Source: a virus
Direction: 5' to 3' (one strand)
Length of the DNA: 45,168 nucleotides
Virus genome (UHGV): UHGV-0041136
Shown here: positions 1-7,098 of the stretch, piece after piece
Position numbering within the stretch: the stretch's first letter is position 1
Layout of the letters: every line of letters starts with the position of its first letter
Position numbers and translations under genes: made by a program
Notes under the pieces: model-generated
What the model was told of the DNA's origin: nothing
The model's input: the letters and a program-made list of their open reading frames with translations, nothing else
Databases searched by the model: none

Positions 1-304
1 ACAGCTTAATAATTGGGATAGTGACGCCGATGTGTAAGGCGAAGCGGGCCAGTGACGGGGGTTTATCCTGAATCAGTGGGCGTTCGTCGCCCTTAGACGT
101 AGGCACAAGTTCCCATGACGTGCGGTCGAAGAACTCGATTAACGCATCGCAATAGTCCGGGTCCCACAACGCGGCGGAATTACGGGATGATTGATAAAGG
201 CTCTGTTTGCCGCGTGGTCGTTTACGGCGACGGTTTGCGCTAACAGCTTCTTCATGTGCAGCTTGCACCACCTCTGGCGATGGCTGCTTGAGTTTCAGCT
301 TCAT
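1..304 (-). CDS. terS: terminase small subunit, N-terminal part (runs off window start; continues in frame at window end)
   Basis: ATG at 304..302 preceded by AAGGGGA; frame open to position 1; translation MKLKLKQPSPEVVQAAHEEAVSANRRRKRPRGKQ...DKPPSLARFALHIGVTIPIIKL has a basic N-terminus and HTH-like segment; lies just upstream of terL across the junction. Confidence 0.5.
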   Translation of the reverse strand, partial: MKLKLKQPSPEVVQAAHEEAVSANRRRKRPRGKQSLYQSSRNSAALWDPDYCDALIEFFDRTSWELVPTSKGDERPLIQDKPPSLARFALHIGVTIPIIKL

Positions 305-321
305 AGAATCCCCTTGCGTAT

Positions 322-363
322 GCGTCTGACCATCAGAGCGCATCAGACGCGCCCTACGCGTCT
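322..363 (-). repeat. repeat cluster in terS 5' leader (GCGTCTGA, CATCAGA x2 spaced 10 bp, TCAGACGC inverted copy, ACGCGTCT)
   Basis: read directly: tgcGTCTGAccATCAGAgcgcATCAGACGCgccctACGCGTCT between a TATAAT-like hexamer (375..370, minus) and the terS ATG. Confidence 0.4.
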
Positions 364-403
364 AAATGGATTATATAAGGGGATTGGGCGGGATGTACAG
401 AAA

Positions 404-421
404 AGCCCTCCGTAGAGGGCT
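404..421 (-). terminator. stem-loop AGCCCTC-cgta-GAGGGCT followed on the minus strand by TTTCTGT; candidate terminator separating the leftward small-gene operon from terS
   Basis: 7-bp perfect stem, 4-nt loop; U-rich tract only moderate. Confidence 0.35.
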
Positions 422-523
422 TGTATCAGTTATATAGGCCGTGTCGCGGTGCTCTTTTACCGTCGCCGCCGTAATGGTCGTTAGCTACGGCGATAGCCCA
501 GGCGTTGGAGATTATTAGTAGTC

Positions 524-703
524 TCATTTTAAGAATCTCAACAGGGCGTCCGCGATACCAGACGCCACTAGCCCGAAAAACATAGGCCACCAGATATATC
601 CAGGCAGATTGGTAAATGTTTCTGGCTTAGTACAGAAAGCCAGTAAAAACGCGAACCAAAACACCACGTAACTGATGTTGTTAATTAATTCTAAGATAAT
701 CAT
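524..703 (-). CDS. small hydrophobic protein (59 aa, about 2 predicted TM segments)
   Basis: ATG at 703..701 overlaps the upstream TGA (ATGA coupling); translation MIILELINNISYVVFWFAFLLAFCTKPETFTNLPGYIWWPMFFGLVASGIADALLRFLK; below the ORF-track size cut-off. Confidence 0.3.
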   Translation of the reverse strand: MIILELINNISYVVFWFAFLLAFCTKPETFTNLPGYIWWPMFFGLVASGIADALLRFLK

Positions 704-936
704 TCCCCGCTCTCCCCTTTAGCAATGCGTTGCTCTGTTTTAGTGATACCACGGCGCGTGAATAACACCGGGCTTGTCTTAACGTGTGTCATCAGACGGT
801 TGTTATAAATTACGTGGCGCTCACAATCAACGTCTTTGCTGTACTTCGCAATCGTCATTTCGTTGATGCCAGTTTGTCGGCATGTCTCGGCCATCGTGCC
901 AAATTCTTTAATCAGGTTCGGAATGCTGGTAATCAT
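700..936 (-). CDS. small HTH-like protein
   Basis: track ORF 700..960 begins at GTG; in-frame ATG at 936; segment AETCRQTGINEMTIAKYSKD resembles a helix-turn-helix. Confidence 0.4.
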   Translation of the reverse strand: MITSIPNLIKEFGTMAETCRQTGINEMTIAKYSKDVDCERHVIYNNRLMTHVKTSPVLFTRRGITKTEQRIAKGESGE

Positions 937-1092
937 CCTAAGAAATTCCTTGTTGTCCACATCGCATTCGGATATTTGTTATCGCGGTCCTGCACTACGG
1001 CAACCATGTTCCCACGTTGCACCAGGCAGAAGTGCCGTTGTTGCTCGCCGTTGTAGCGACGCCAGATTGCCTCTTCGATTGCGGCGTTGATG

Positions 1093-1353
1093 TCACTGAA
1101 CATACCCGATACCCCACATAACTAACATCCCAACCGCTACACCAATCAGAATTGATACAGTGGTATTCGTCCACACCCGTTGGCTACGCAAAGTTCCTGC
1201 GTTCTCCAGAATGTCGCGAACACGCGTTAAGTGTTCAATCTCCAGTCTCGCGGCTATCAGTTCCTGGGATGCTTTTGAATACTTACAGTTAATCTTATCA
1301 AGCGCCTTCTTAAGGTCTTTGTTGTTCTTCTTGATTTGTTCAATCTGTTCCAT
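1093..1353 (-). CDS. tail-anchored membrane protein (N-terminal coiled coil, C-terminal TM helix)
   Basis: ATG 1353 with GAGGTAG SD; C-terminus TTVSILIGVAVGMLVMWGIGYV is hydrophobic; N-terminus is heptad-like and charged. Confidence 0.5.
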   Translation of the reverse strand: MEQIEQIKKNNKDLKKALDKINCKYSKASQELIAARLEIEHLTRVRDILENAGTLRSQRVWTNTTVSILIGVAVGMLVMWGIGYVQ

Positions 1354-1355
1354 AA

Positions 1356-1538
1356 CTACCTCACTATCTCATCGCCAAGCCACGCCGTTTCTCGTATATC
1401 GTCGACCACACAGGCGGCGTGCTCACGGCTAATTGCAAAAATGTAGAAGCTGAACTTCTTCCCGTCGGCGTCGATGTGGTTAACCGAGTAGGGTTTCCAC
1501 AGGACGCCATCGATAACTACTGGCTCAGGCGCTTTCAT
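1356..1538 (-). CDS. hypothetical protein
   Basis: ATG 1538 overlaps stop of an upstream 47-aa ORF; coding-like composition. Confidence 0.4.
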   Translation of the reverse strand: MKAPEPVVIDGVLWKPYSVNHIDADGKKFSFYIFAISREHAACVVDDIRETAWLGDEIVR

Positions 1539-1669
1539 TCTTCATGCGCTCAAGTAACAACTTAAACGCCTCCAGTTGAAACTCACCGTTAATCGACAAT
1601 TGCCCGCCTAACGTCTGTTTCTCCGACTCAAGCACCATAATACGGCGCTCAAGTGATGCGATTGTGATT

Positions 1670-1855
1670 TTAGGCATTTGTGTCACCTTTGTTCAGGTTG
1701 AAGCGGTTAATTAGCTCACGGCGTGTCTCGTAAAGCGACTCGACCATTTGCTCAGCTACTGCGATTTTAGTATTCAGGACGTGCATCACATGGCTGATGT
1801 CTACGCCGCTGTTAACCGCCTCTACCATCATCTTTTCGTATTCACGGTCAGTCAT
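1670..1855 (-). CDS. hypothetical protein
   Basis: ATG 1855; packed in the minus-strand small-gene array. Confidence 0.4.
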   Translation of the reverse strand: MTDREYEKMMVEAVNSGVDISHVMHVLNTKIAVAEQMVESLYETRRELINRFNLNKGDTNA

Positions 1856-2009
1856 TTTTACGCTCTCCCCACATGCGATTGAGGTACTTGTTTTTGTCTG
1901 GCCCCAGGAAACTGTTACGTTTCATCAGTTCCTCGCGTGTCGGGAACGGGGTGTGACTGACTTTACGACCTACACGTAATGGCTGGCTTACTGGACCTTG
2001 TTCGCTCAT
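1848..2009 (-). CDS. hypothetical protein (53 aa from ATG 2009)
   Basis: track ORF starts at GTG 2051; internal ATG 2009 has AGGAGA SD 6 nt upstream. Confidence 0.35.
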   Translation of the reverse strand: MSEQGPVSQPLRVGRKVSHTPFPTREELMKRNSFLGPDKNKYLNRMWGERKND

Positions 2010-2023
2010 TTCTTCTCTCCTGT

Positions 2024-2239
2024 TTAGCATGTTATGTGTAATTCTAGCCACTCGACATCAGACTCAAGCTCTTTAATACGCGCCTCTAGTTTAGCTATTA
2101 AAGAGTCTCGGTACGCCAACTCAGCCGCTATTGCGCTTTTTGAGTTAAGGCCTTCGACCGTCATCGCATTGATATGCGCTGTGTAAAACCCGCCCTCTTC
2201 ATCAAGGACATCGATTTCTCTTTCCGCGTACAATTTCAT
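2024..2239 (-). CDS. hypothetical protein
   Basis: ATG 2239 overlaps TGA of the upstream small ORF. Confidence 0.4.
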   Translation of the reverse strand: MKLYAEREIDVLDEEGGFYTAHINAMTVEGLNSKSAIAAELAYRDSLIAKLEARIKELESDVEWLELHITC

Positions 2240-2385
2240 TTCTTCTCTCCTGCATAAGCGGCTTTCAGTGCCTGCATTGCAGCGGACCAGAACGCGTCCG
2301 CGGGAATGCTGTTGCTCAGGTTACTAACGGCGATGCGTGCCATCAGTTGTGCGTCTTCGAATGCTTCGATATCTGTGATTTTCAT
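2236..2385 (-). CDS. hypothetical small protein (49 aa)
   Basis: ATG 2385 with AGGAG SD; [49 protein letters not shown]; stop overlaps next ATG. Confidence 0.3.
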   Translation of the reverse strand: MKITDIEAFEDAQLMARIAVSNLSNSIPADAFWSAAMQALKAAYAGEKK

Positions 2386-2492
2386 TTCCCAAACACTCCT
2401 TTAGTTTTCAGATTATGACGATAGAACTGCATCACATGCTCATTATGGAAGTTACTCATCTTCTCTACTCCGTTCTCGTTGTCGATGGAGTA

Positions 2493-2521
2493 AATATAAT
2501 AGGGTCTGGAGTAATAGTCAA
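2493..2521 (-). promoter_or_regulatory. sigma70-like promoter, minus strand (-35 TTGACT, 17-bp spacer, -10 TATATT)
   Basis: reverse complement of 2493..2521 reads TTGACT-N17-TATATT; spacer contains a degenerate copy of the shared element (AATATAATAGGGT); sits just downstream of the lysis-operon terminator. Confidence 0.45.
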
Positions 2522-2543
2522 CTAGTCATTGCAGAAAATAGAT

Positions 2544-2573
2544 AAAAAAATCCCGGCTGGGTCAGGGCCGGGA
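2544..2573 (-). terminator. rho-independent terminator after the endolysin gene
   Basis: TCCCGGC / GCCGGGA 7-bp stem; the plus-strand A7 run (2544..2550) gives a U7 tract after the hairpin on the minus transcript. Confidence 0.6.
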
Positions 2574-2647
2574 TAAAACTGGAGAGCAGAGGGATGGAAC
2601 AGGAGGTGATTGAGATGATTTAAGTATCGTCGGATTGGTCTCAGGTG

Positions 2648-3136
2648 TCAACCTTTCACCGCGCGCCCAATAGCCTCTGCCTCCCGCCACGGTTTACCAT
2701 CGAACAGCGCCAGGCGACCGGCGGTACGACGACGCAGACCAAGTAATGGTTTGCCATTCTGGTTGATGAACAGCGCCAGCTTAGCCCGCAGCGTCGCAAC
2801 ATCACCAGAACGCAGCGCCTTACCAGTGCCAGTAGTAGCCGCAATCACGCCAGCGCCTGCGTTATAGACCAGGTCACACACTGCGTCGAACTGTGCCTGT
2901 GTCAGTGAATGGTGTGCCGCTGCATCAACCGCAGCTACGGCTTTAGCCATATCGCGATTCAGTAACAGGAGGCCCTGACCTGGGGTGATGGTCTTACCCG
3001 GTGTTACATCCGGCCCATAGTGACCGTACCCAATAGTCAGGTACTTCTCATTCGGCGTAGCGCGATACGCAGTACCGCGGAACCCCTCGAACGCAGCGGT
3101 AAAATGCAATCCATTATCTGATATATTTCGAGACAC
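2648..3136 (-). CDS. endolysin, T4-lysozyme-like (GH24) muramidase
   Basis: FEGFRGTAYRATPNEKYLTIGYGH matches the GH24 catalytic region; GTG start at 3136 with GGAGGA SD 7 nt upstream (track ORF begins at an unlikely TTG 3187). Confidence 0.8.
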   Translation of the reverse strand: MSRNISDNGLHFTAAFEGFRGTAYRATPNEKYLTIGYGHYGPDVTPGKTITPGQGLLLLNRDMAKAVAAVDAAAHHSLTQAQFDAVCDLVYNAGAGVIAATTGTGKALRSGDVATLRAKLALFINQNGKPLLGLRRRTAGRLALFDGKPWREAEAIGRAVKG

Positions 3137-3386
3137 GCTTATGTCCTCCGTATGACAACCACGCCTGGCGAATCTGACGCAGCGCAACTAATGTGATTAA
3201 TGTTTCTGGCAGCGTCGGCGACATGCTGCCCTGTAGCAGGTGGATGCATCCGGCGGCGCAGACAATAGCGGTCAGGATATAGAGCACCCGACCAAATAGC
3301 CCGTCGTCAACACTCGGATGATACACATTAAACAGCGATGCGCCCCCGATTGCCAGCATACCGCCGAACCAGAATAACTCATTCAT
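3114..3386 (-). CDS. 2-TM membrane protein between holin and endolysin (second holin / antiholin candidate)
   Basis: ATG 3386 with GGAGG SD, overlaps holin stop; MNELFWFGGMLAIGGASLFNV...LYILTAIVCAAGCIHLL has two hydrophobic helices. Confidence 0.45.
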   Translation of the reverse strand: MNELFWFGGMLAIGGASLFNVYHPSVDDGLFGRVLYILTAIVCAAGCIHLLQGSMSPTLPETLITLVALRQIRQAWLSYGGHKRVSKYIR

Positions 3387-3687
3387 CCGGGCCTCCTCGA
3401 CGCGAGATGTATTCTCCGGCGACGATACCGGAGAGGCGGGAATAGATAGGCATCCAGAGGACAGCAATAATAAATCCGAGGCCAGCTATCTCACGTTCGC
3501 CGGTAATGCCAAACCATTGAGCAGCAAGAGGTGCGCCAAATACGGCGCAAGTGAAGCCGGTTGCGATAAAGCAGAAGCCATCGATAGGGCCAGAAATAAC
3601 GGACTTATGTTGCCGCAGTCCGATTACCCCTCCGGCTAGTGCGGCAGCGAGAAGCCACCCCGTCACTGTTTCAGTAAATTTATCCAA
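3379..3687 (-). CDS. holin candidate (about 3 TM segments)
   Basis: TTG start at 3687 with GGAGGA SD; three hydrophobic segments and charged C-terminus; first gene of the lysis cassette. Confidence 0.5.
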   Translation of the reverse strand: MDKFTETVTGWLLAAALAGGVIGLRQHKSVISGPIDGFCFIATGFTCAVFGAPLAAQWFGITGEREIAGLGFIIAVLWMPIYSRLSGIVAGEYISRRGGPDE

Positions 3688-3692
3688 GATGA

Positions 3693-3732
3693 ATCCTCCA
3701 GGTGCGTATTAAGTATGCAGTAACTGGAGGAT
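3693..3732 (-). promoter_or_regulatory. stem-loop that sequesters the holin Shine-Dalgarno
   Basis: perfect 9-bp inverted repeat ATCCTCCAG (3693..3701) / CTGGAGGAT (3724..3732), 22-nt loop; the 3' arm on the mRNA contains the GGAGGA SD of the holin. Confidence 0.45.
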
Positions 3733-3762
3733 AGCACGGTTAGGAATTATCTTAATAACGGT

Positions 3763-4056
3763 TTATTTATGACGCCAGATGTACTGTCGTCTCTGCGGTT
3801 TCGTTGGAATATCCTCGTATCCCAGCGATTTCCAGTAATTAAATAACCGATTAGCGATAGCTGCGCGTTCCTGTGTTTTAAACTCACCGAGATTCACAGC
3901 CTTCCCGTTCTGGAACCCACAGGCGCGGACGGCTTTGCGTCTGGCCTGAATCTCGGGGTACAGCGCATTACGGCGGCGCTTGTATATCTGTGTTTTAGCT
4001 CTCGGTGCCAGCGGCGCAAGGCCGCTTCGTTTCAGGATGTCAGTTGCTAGGTTCAT
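3763..4056 (-). CDS. hypothetical basic protein
   Basis: ATG 4056 overlaps upstream TGA; R/K-rich 97-aa product. Confidence 0.45.
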   Translation of the reverse strand: MNLATDILKRSGLAPLAPRAKTQIYKRRRNALYPEIQARRKAVRACGFQNGKAVNLGEFKTQERAAIANRLFNYWKSLGYEDIPTKPQRRQYIWRHK

Positions 4057-4235
4057 AAGTCGAGAATCTCACGCGCTAATTCATACGTCTTCCAGTCGCA
4101 CTGGCGGTCTATCACCTGTTTAGCAAGCCTACGTAACTTAAGCTCAAGTTTTACGTAGTCCGCGTAGGTCACGACCGCGACCCAATCCGCCCCGCTTCCA
4201 ATTTCACTCCCCCTAACCTCATATCTCTGTACCAT
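4053..4235 (-). CDS. small protein, MVQRY family copy B
   Basis: ATG 4235 with AGGAG SD; N-terminus MVQRYEV...YADYVKLELKL is paralogous to the neighbouring ORF. Confidence 0.4.
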   Translation of the reverse strand: MVQRYEVRGSEIGSGADWVAVVTYADYVKLELKLRRLAKQVIDRQCDWKTYELAREILDL

Positions 4236-4420
4236 CACTTCACTCCTTCCACATGTGTATCCGTCCCACAATTCGCACACTCGACGTAATCCGGGAACTG
4301 GTCTTTGTATTTCTGTAACTCGGCTTCGAGTTTCACGTAATCGTTATATAAGACCCAGTGCCCTTCATCACACGGGGCGACAAAACCACCCTGGAATAAG
4401 TATCTCTGTACCATAATCAC
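4235..4420 (-). CDS. small protein, MVQRY family copy A
   Basis: MIMVQRYLF...YNDYVKLEAELQKY shares the MVQRY...DYVKLE pattern with 4053..4235. Confidence 0.4.
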   Translation of the reverse strand: MIMVQRYLFQGGFVAPCDEGHWVLYNDYVKLEAELQKYKDQFPDYVECANCGTDTHVEGVK

Positions 4421-4620
4421 TTCTCCTGTTTACCAAGTCGCTTAGGTGAGCAGATAGCGCGTACCTCTGAATCGTTAGGCTTGTCACCCTGAAACAGAAA
4501 GTGCGCGTTCTCTGCGGCGCGTGCCGCTGACTGGCACGCCTCCATCGAGTAAAACGTTTCTGTTGCCGCCAGGTGCATATGGCCTGCGGACAGTATCCAT
4601 ATAAATAAGATGCTGGTCAT
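4417..4620 (-). CDS. small protein with hydrophobic N-terminus (possible signal peptide)
   Basis: ATG 4620 overlaps upstream TGA; MTSILFIWILSAGHMHLAA... (track ORF extended to 4677). Confidence 0.35.
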   Translation of the reverse strand: MTSILFIWILSAGHMHLAATETFYSMEACQSAARAAENAHFLFQGDKPNDSEVRAICSPKRLGKQEK

Positions 4621-4979
4621 GTCGTTTCCCCACATCTGCGGCGCACAAAATAATCCTCGTCGGCGTCTAACACCCAATCATGCTCACCTATTTGGCAACC
4701 GGATTGCTCCCGTTCGCGGATAAGTTTGTACAGCTCTTCGCTACCCGTAGCTTTGACCAGTGCCATGTGTAGCTCCTTAACTTGTCCTGTCAGGTGCGAT
4801 ATGTGCTCAGATTTCTTAATGTTGTCTTTCTGCAACTCGCCCACCAGCTCCGACGCATCACGCAACTGGTTCTTAAGTGACTGCACCTCGTGCGCCAGGT
4901 CTTCGCACTGGTTGCTGTTTACCTGCTGCCGTAGCTGGTCAATCAGGTACTCGAATACTTCGTTTTTGCTATTCATCAT
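4617..4979 (-). CDS. hypothetical coiled-coil protein
   Basis: ATG-ATG at 4979/4976; first gene downstream of the promoter at 5118..5146. Confidence 0.5.
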   Translation of the reverse strand: MMNSKNEVFEYLIDQLRQQVNSNQCEDLAHEVQSLKNQLRDASELVGELQKDNIKKSEHISHLTGQVKELHMALVKATGSEELYKLIREREQSGCQIGEHDWVLDADEDYFVRRRCGETT

Positions 4980-5117
4980 CCACCCCCATCATTACTTCAC
5001 AGTTATCACCGTCGCACGCCGAAGTGCTGCGACTTGTTTCATAGGCGTCAACCAGTTCACCTAAAGTAAATTCACAATAGCTGTTCACTCTGTCTCTCCT
5101 CTCGTTTGAGTAAATGA

Positions 5118-5146
5118 ATAGTAGCCTATTCTATCTTAGTGTGCAA
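5118..5146 (-). promoter_or_regulatory. conserved promoter element, minus strand (-35 TTGCAC, 17 bp, -10 TACTAT) with AATAG-N4-CTATT inverted repeat
   Basis: plus strand tgAATAGtagcCTATTctatcttagtGTGCAAg; the same core recurs at 6468, 30060, 39165 and 41829. Confidence 0.5.
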
Positions 5147-5221
5147 GTTAATTTTATTGGTGTTTGTATTGTTGCATCTCCTGCAATAGTCGCTCCGATT
5201 GTTGCGTTTGGTGAAATAGAA

Positions 5222-5260
5222 CAAAAATGAGAAAAATGATACGCTGCTGGGTAGCAGCGT
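5222..5260 (-). terminator. rho-independent terminator after the DUF551 pair
   Basis: ACGCTGCT-gggt-AGCAGCGT 8-bp stem; minus transcript then reads ATCATTTTTCTCATTTTTG. Confidence 0.55.
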
Positions 5261-5274
5261 AAGTCACAAAGCCA

Positions 5275-5288
5275 AATAGTAACCTATT
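5275..5288. promoter_or_regulatory. additional AATAG-N4-CTATT operator-like site
   Basis: AATAGtaacCTATT followed by TTGACC; between the DUF551 gene end and the terminator. Confidence 0.3.
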
Positions 5289-5306
5289 GACCTGTTACAC
5301 CACCTG

Positions 5307-5504
5307 TTACACCAGCGATGGCGGCTCTGGTAACGGCATCCAGTGGGTAACATCGTCACTACTGATATTCGAGTTACGCGGCGCCCAACAATCCCAGAAG
5401 CCATCGCAATCCCGCCACATCACCTCAACGTTACCCCCATCCGAAACCAGCACATCTTCAAATTCTTCCGGCATCCGTTCACTACACTCAATCCACTTAC
5501 CCAT
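5307..5504 (-). CDS. DUF551-like small protein, copy 1
   Basis: MGKWIECSERMPEE...VTHWMPLPEPPSLV; WMPLPEPP C-terminus as I recall for DUF551 phage proteins. Confidence 0.5.
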   Translation of the reverse strand: MGKWIECSERMPEEFEDVLVSDGGNVEVMWRDCDGFWDCWAPRNSNISSDDVTHWMPLPEPPSLV

Positions 5505-5514
5505 ATCTCACCCC

Positions 5515-5700
5515 TTATTCATCACACTTCAGAGACTCAGGTAACGGCATCCAGTGTGTTACGCCAACACACTTAACGTATCCATCACAAACAAAGTCAC
5601 CGATGTATCTTGCTATAAAGCCATACCCGGCGCGGGCATAAACAATTACGTCCTCACCCTCTTCCGGCATCCGTTCACTACACTCAATCCACTTACCCAT
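5515..5700 (-). CDS. DUF551-like small protein, copy 2 (tandem paralog)
   Basis: MGKWIECSERMPEEGEDV...VTHWMPLPESLKCDE; identical first 14 residues and shared C-terminal motif with 5307..5504. Confidence 0.5.
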   Translation of the reverse strand: MGKWIECSERMPEEGEDVIVYARAGYGFIARYIGDFVCDGYVKCVGVTHWMPLPESLKCDE

Positions 5701-5850
5701 AAATCACCTCTGATTCGCGATAAACAACACACCAGCTTTCCACGCCCGCCACGCGAGACGCGTCTTAACGTTCAGGTACTCTTTCTTCGAACCCTTGTTA
5801 ACCGGCAGACCCTCGACGACGGCCCACCGTTCAAATGCTTCTCTCATAAC

Positions 5851-6042
5851 TTAGTCCTCCAGAACTTCGCATTCAGAATTACGGACGAACAAATACTCAA
5901 GGCAATGGTTTACGACAAACCCATACTCATTACGAATCACCACGTCAAATTCATCCCCAACGGAGACACCAAAGTACGCAAGGCTAACGTCCAGGTATTC
6001 CTCTGAGCATGTCTGCTCGATGTCAGTTATACGAATTCTCAT
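5851..6042 (-). CDS. hypothetical protein
   Basis: ATG 6042 overlaps upstream TAA; track start 6051 is TTG. Confidence 0.35.
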   Translation of the reverse strand: MRIRITDIEQTCSEEYLDVSLAYFGVSVGDEFDVVIRNEYGFVVNHCLEYLFVRNSECEVLED

Positions 6043-6242
6043 TAACGGCAACCTCCCTCAGAGTCGTCGGCACGAGCATCATGATTCGATGCCGTTCGTA
6101 TGGAGCGCAAACTGTGAAGCATTCTTCCCGCGGAACTGGTGATAATTGTTATCCCATCTAAAATAACAACCTCGTACCGGTTTACTTGAAAATACACTTT
6201 CTCCAGTTCATGATGTTTCAGTTCTTCAAATAATTCTTCCAT
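6042..6242 (-). CDS. hypothetical protein
   Basis: ATG 6242 shares one base with the upstream TGA. Confidence 0.35.
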   Translation of the reverse strand: MEELFEELKHHELEKVYFQVNRYEVVILDGITIITSSAGRMLHSLRSIRTASNHDARADDSEGGCR

Positions 6243-6433
6243 CACTTCGCCCCTTTGAATTTAAAATTGTTGCCGATGAGCTCTAAATTATCGCGTAAGG
6301 CGAACCCAGTTTTCTTTCTTACCAGACCCCATACGTCAACCAGATTATCCTGGTCATACTCGTTCTCGTCCTGCAACACTAATACATATTGCCCTCCACG
6401 TTTAGTTTTAGCCAATTGACCCTTCTTAAACAT
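6242..6433 (-). CDS. hypothetical protein, first gene of the leftward operon
   Basis: ATG 6433 with AGGAG SD about 25 nt downstream of the promoter at 6468..6496. Confidence 0.45.
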   Translation of the reverse strand: MFKKGQLAKTKRGGQYVLVLQDENEYDQDNLVDVWGLVRKKTGFALRDNLELIGNNFKFKGAK

Positions 6434-6467
6434 AACCCTCACTCCTCTGTCTCGTTCCGATAAGTGA

Positions 6468-6496
6468 ATAGTATCCTATTATGTTGGGGTGTGCAA
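6468..6496 (-). promoter_or_regulatory. conserved promoter element, minus strand (-35 TTGCAC, 17 bp, -10 TACTAT) with AATAG-N4-CTATT
   Basis: plus strand gtgAATAGtatcCTATTatgttggggtGTGCAAg; near-identical to the element at 30060..30089 in reverse orientation. Confidence 0.5.
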
Positions 6497-6568
6497 GAGA
6501 ATAGTTACGTTGCCGTTGTGATTCTTCAGGGAGGGTTGTGCCTTTATTCTTATTACTTGGTAACTAAA

Positions 6569-6589
6569 GGGCAGGCCTTAAGCCTGCCC
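6569..6589. other. perfect 8-bp stem-loop GGGCAGGC-cttaa-GCCTGCCC in the divergent control region
   Basis: read directly; lies between divergent promoters so not obviously a terminator. Confidence 0.35.
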
Positions 6590-6866
6590 GGTAATCGTTA
6601 CATTTTTACGGTTGCGAATCTACGGCACTTTAAGAAAATCAGATACTTAAGAGATATGCTGCCGATGAGAATAGAGCTTGCCCAGAGCAACCGGAGATAC
6701 TAAGGAAGGAAAGTTACGATAATTCTCGTGTTCAGTAAGCCTGTGTTTAACCCTTTGCTTGACGCACGTGTTAAACATTCTTACAAGGTGAACAGGAATC
6801 AAAGTAACTAAGATATAGAAGCACCTTAAACGAAGATTTTCATAATGTCAATAGGTGCAATTATGT

Positions 6867-6895
6867 TTGATTTCCCATTATTCGCAATGTATACT
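6867..6895 (+). promoter_or_regulatory. candidate rightward promoter for the replication operon (-35 TTGATT, 17 bp, -10 TATACT)
   Basis: AT-rich region about 30 nt upstream of the HTH gene ATG 6928. Confidence 0.35.
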
Positions 6896-6927
6896 CGATT
6901 TTGTTAACTGATAATGAGGGTTTGAGA

Positions 6928-7098
6928 ATGACACAGAATGAGGTAGCTGAGCGTATCGGGGTTACTCGTCGAACGCTGAATAACTGGTTAAAGAGTGGGA
7001 AGTTCCCGGATTGTTGTATCCGCATTATGGGCCGCCGTCAGCCAGGTACTTTTGACCGGGAGAAAGTGGAAGCGTGGATTAAGGAGAATGTAAAATGA
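6928..7098 (+). CDS. small HTH DNA-binding protein (AlpA / excisionase-like HTH)
   Basis: ATG 6928 with GAGGG SD (track begins at TTG 6901); NEVAERIGVTRRTLNNWLKSGKFP...REKVEAWIKE resembles AlpA/Xis-type HTH. Confidence 0.55.
   Translation: MTQNEVAERIGVTRRTLNNWLKSGKFPDCCIRIMGRRQPGTFDREKVEAWIKENVK

Noticed and set aside
2495-2500. Plus-strand TATAAT at 2495..2500 as a rightward promoter
   Set aside because: No plus-strand gene downstream; the same region reads as a better minus-strand promoter (TTGACT-N17-TATATT) for the leftward small-gene operon.
6464-6703. 79-aa plus-strand ORF in the divergent control region
   Set aside because: It spans the leftward promoter and the stem-loop at 6569..6589; no SD; more likely non-coding.
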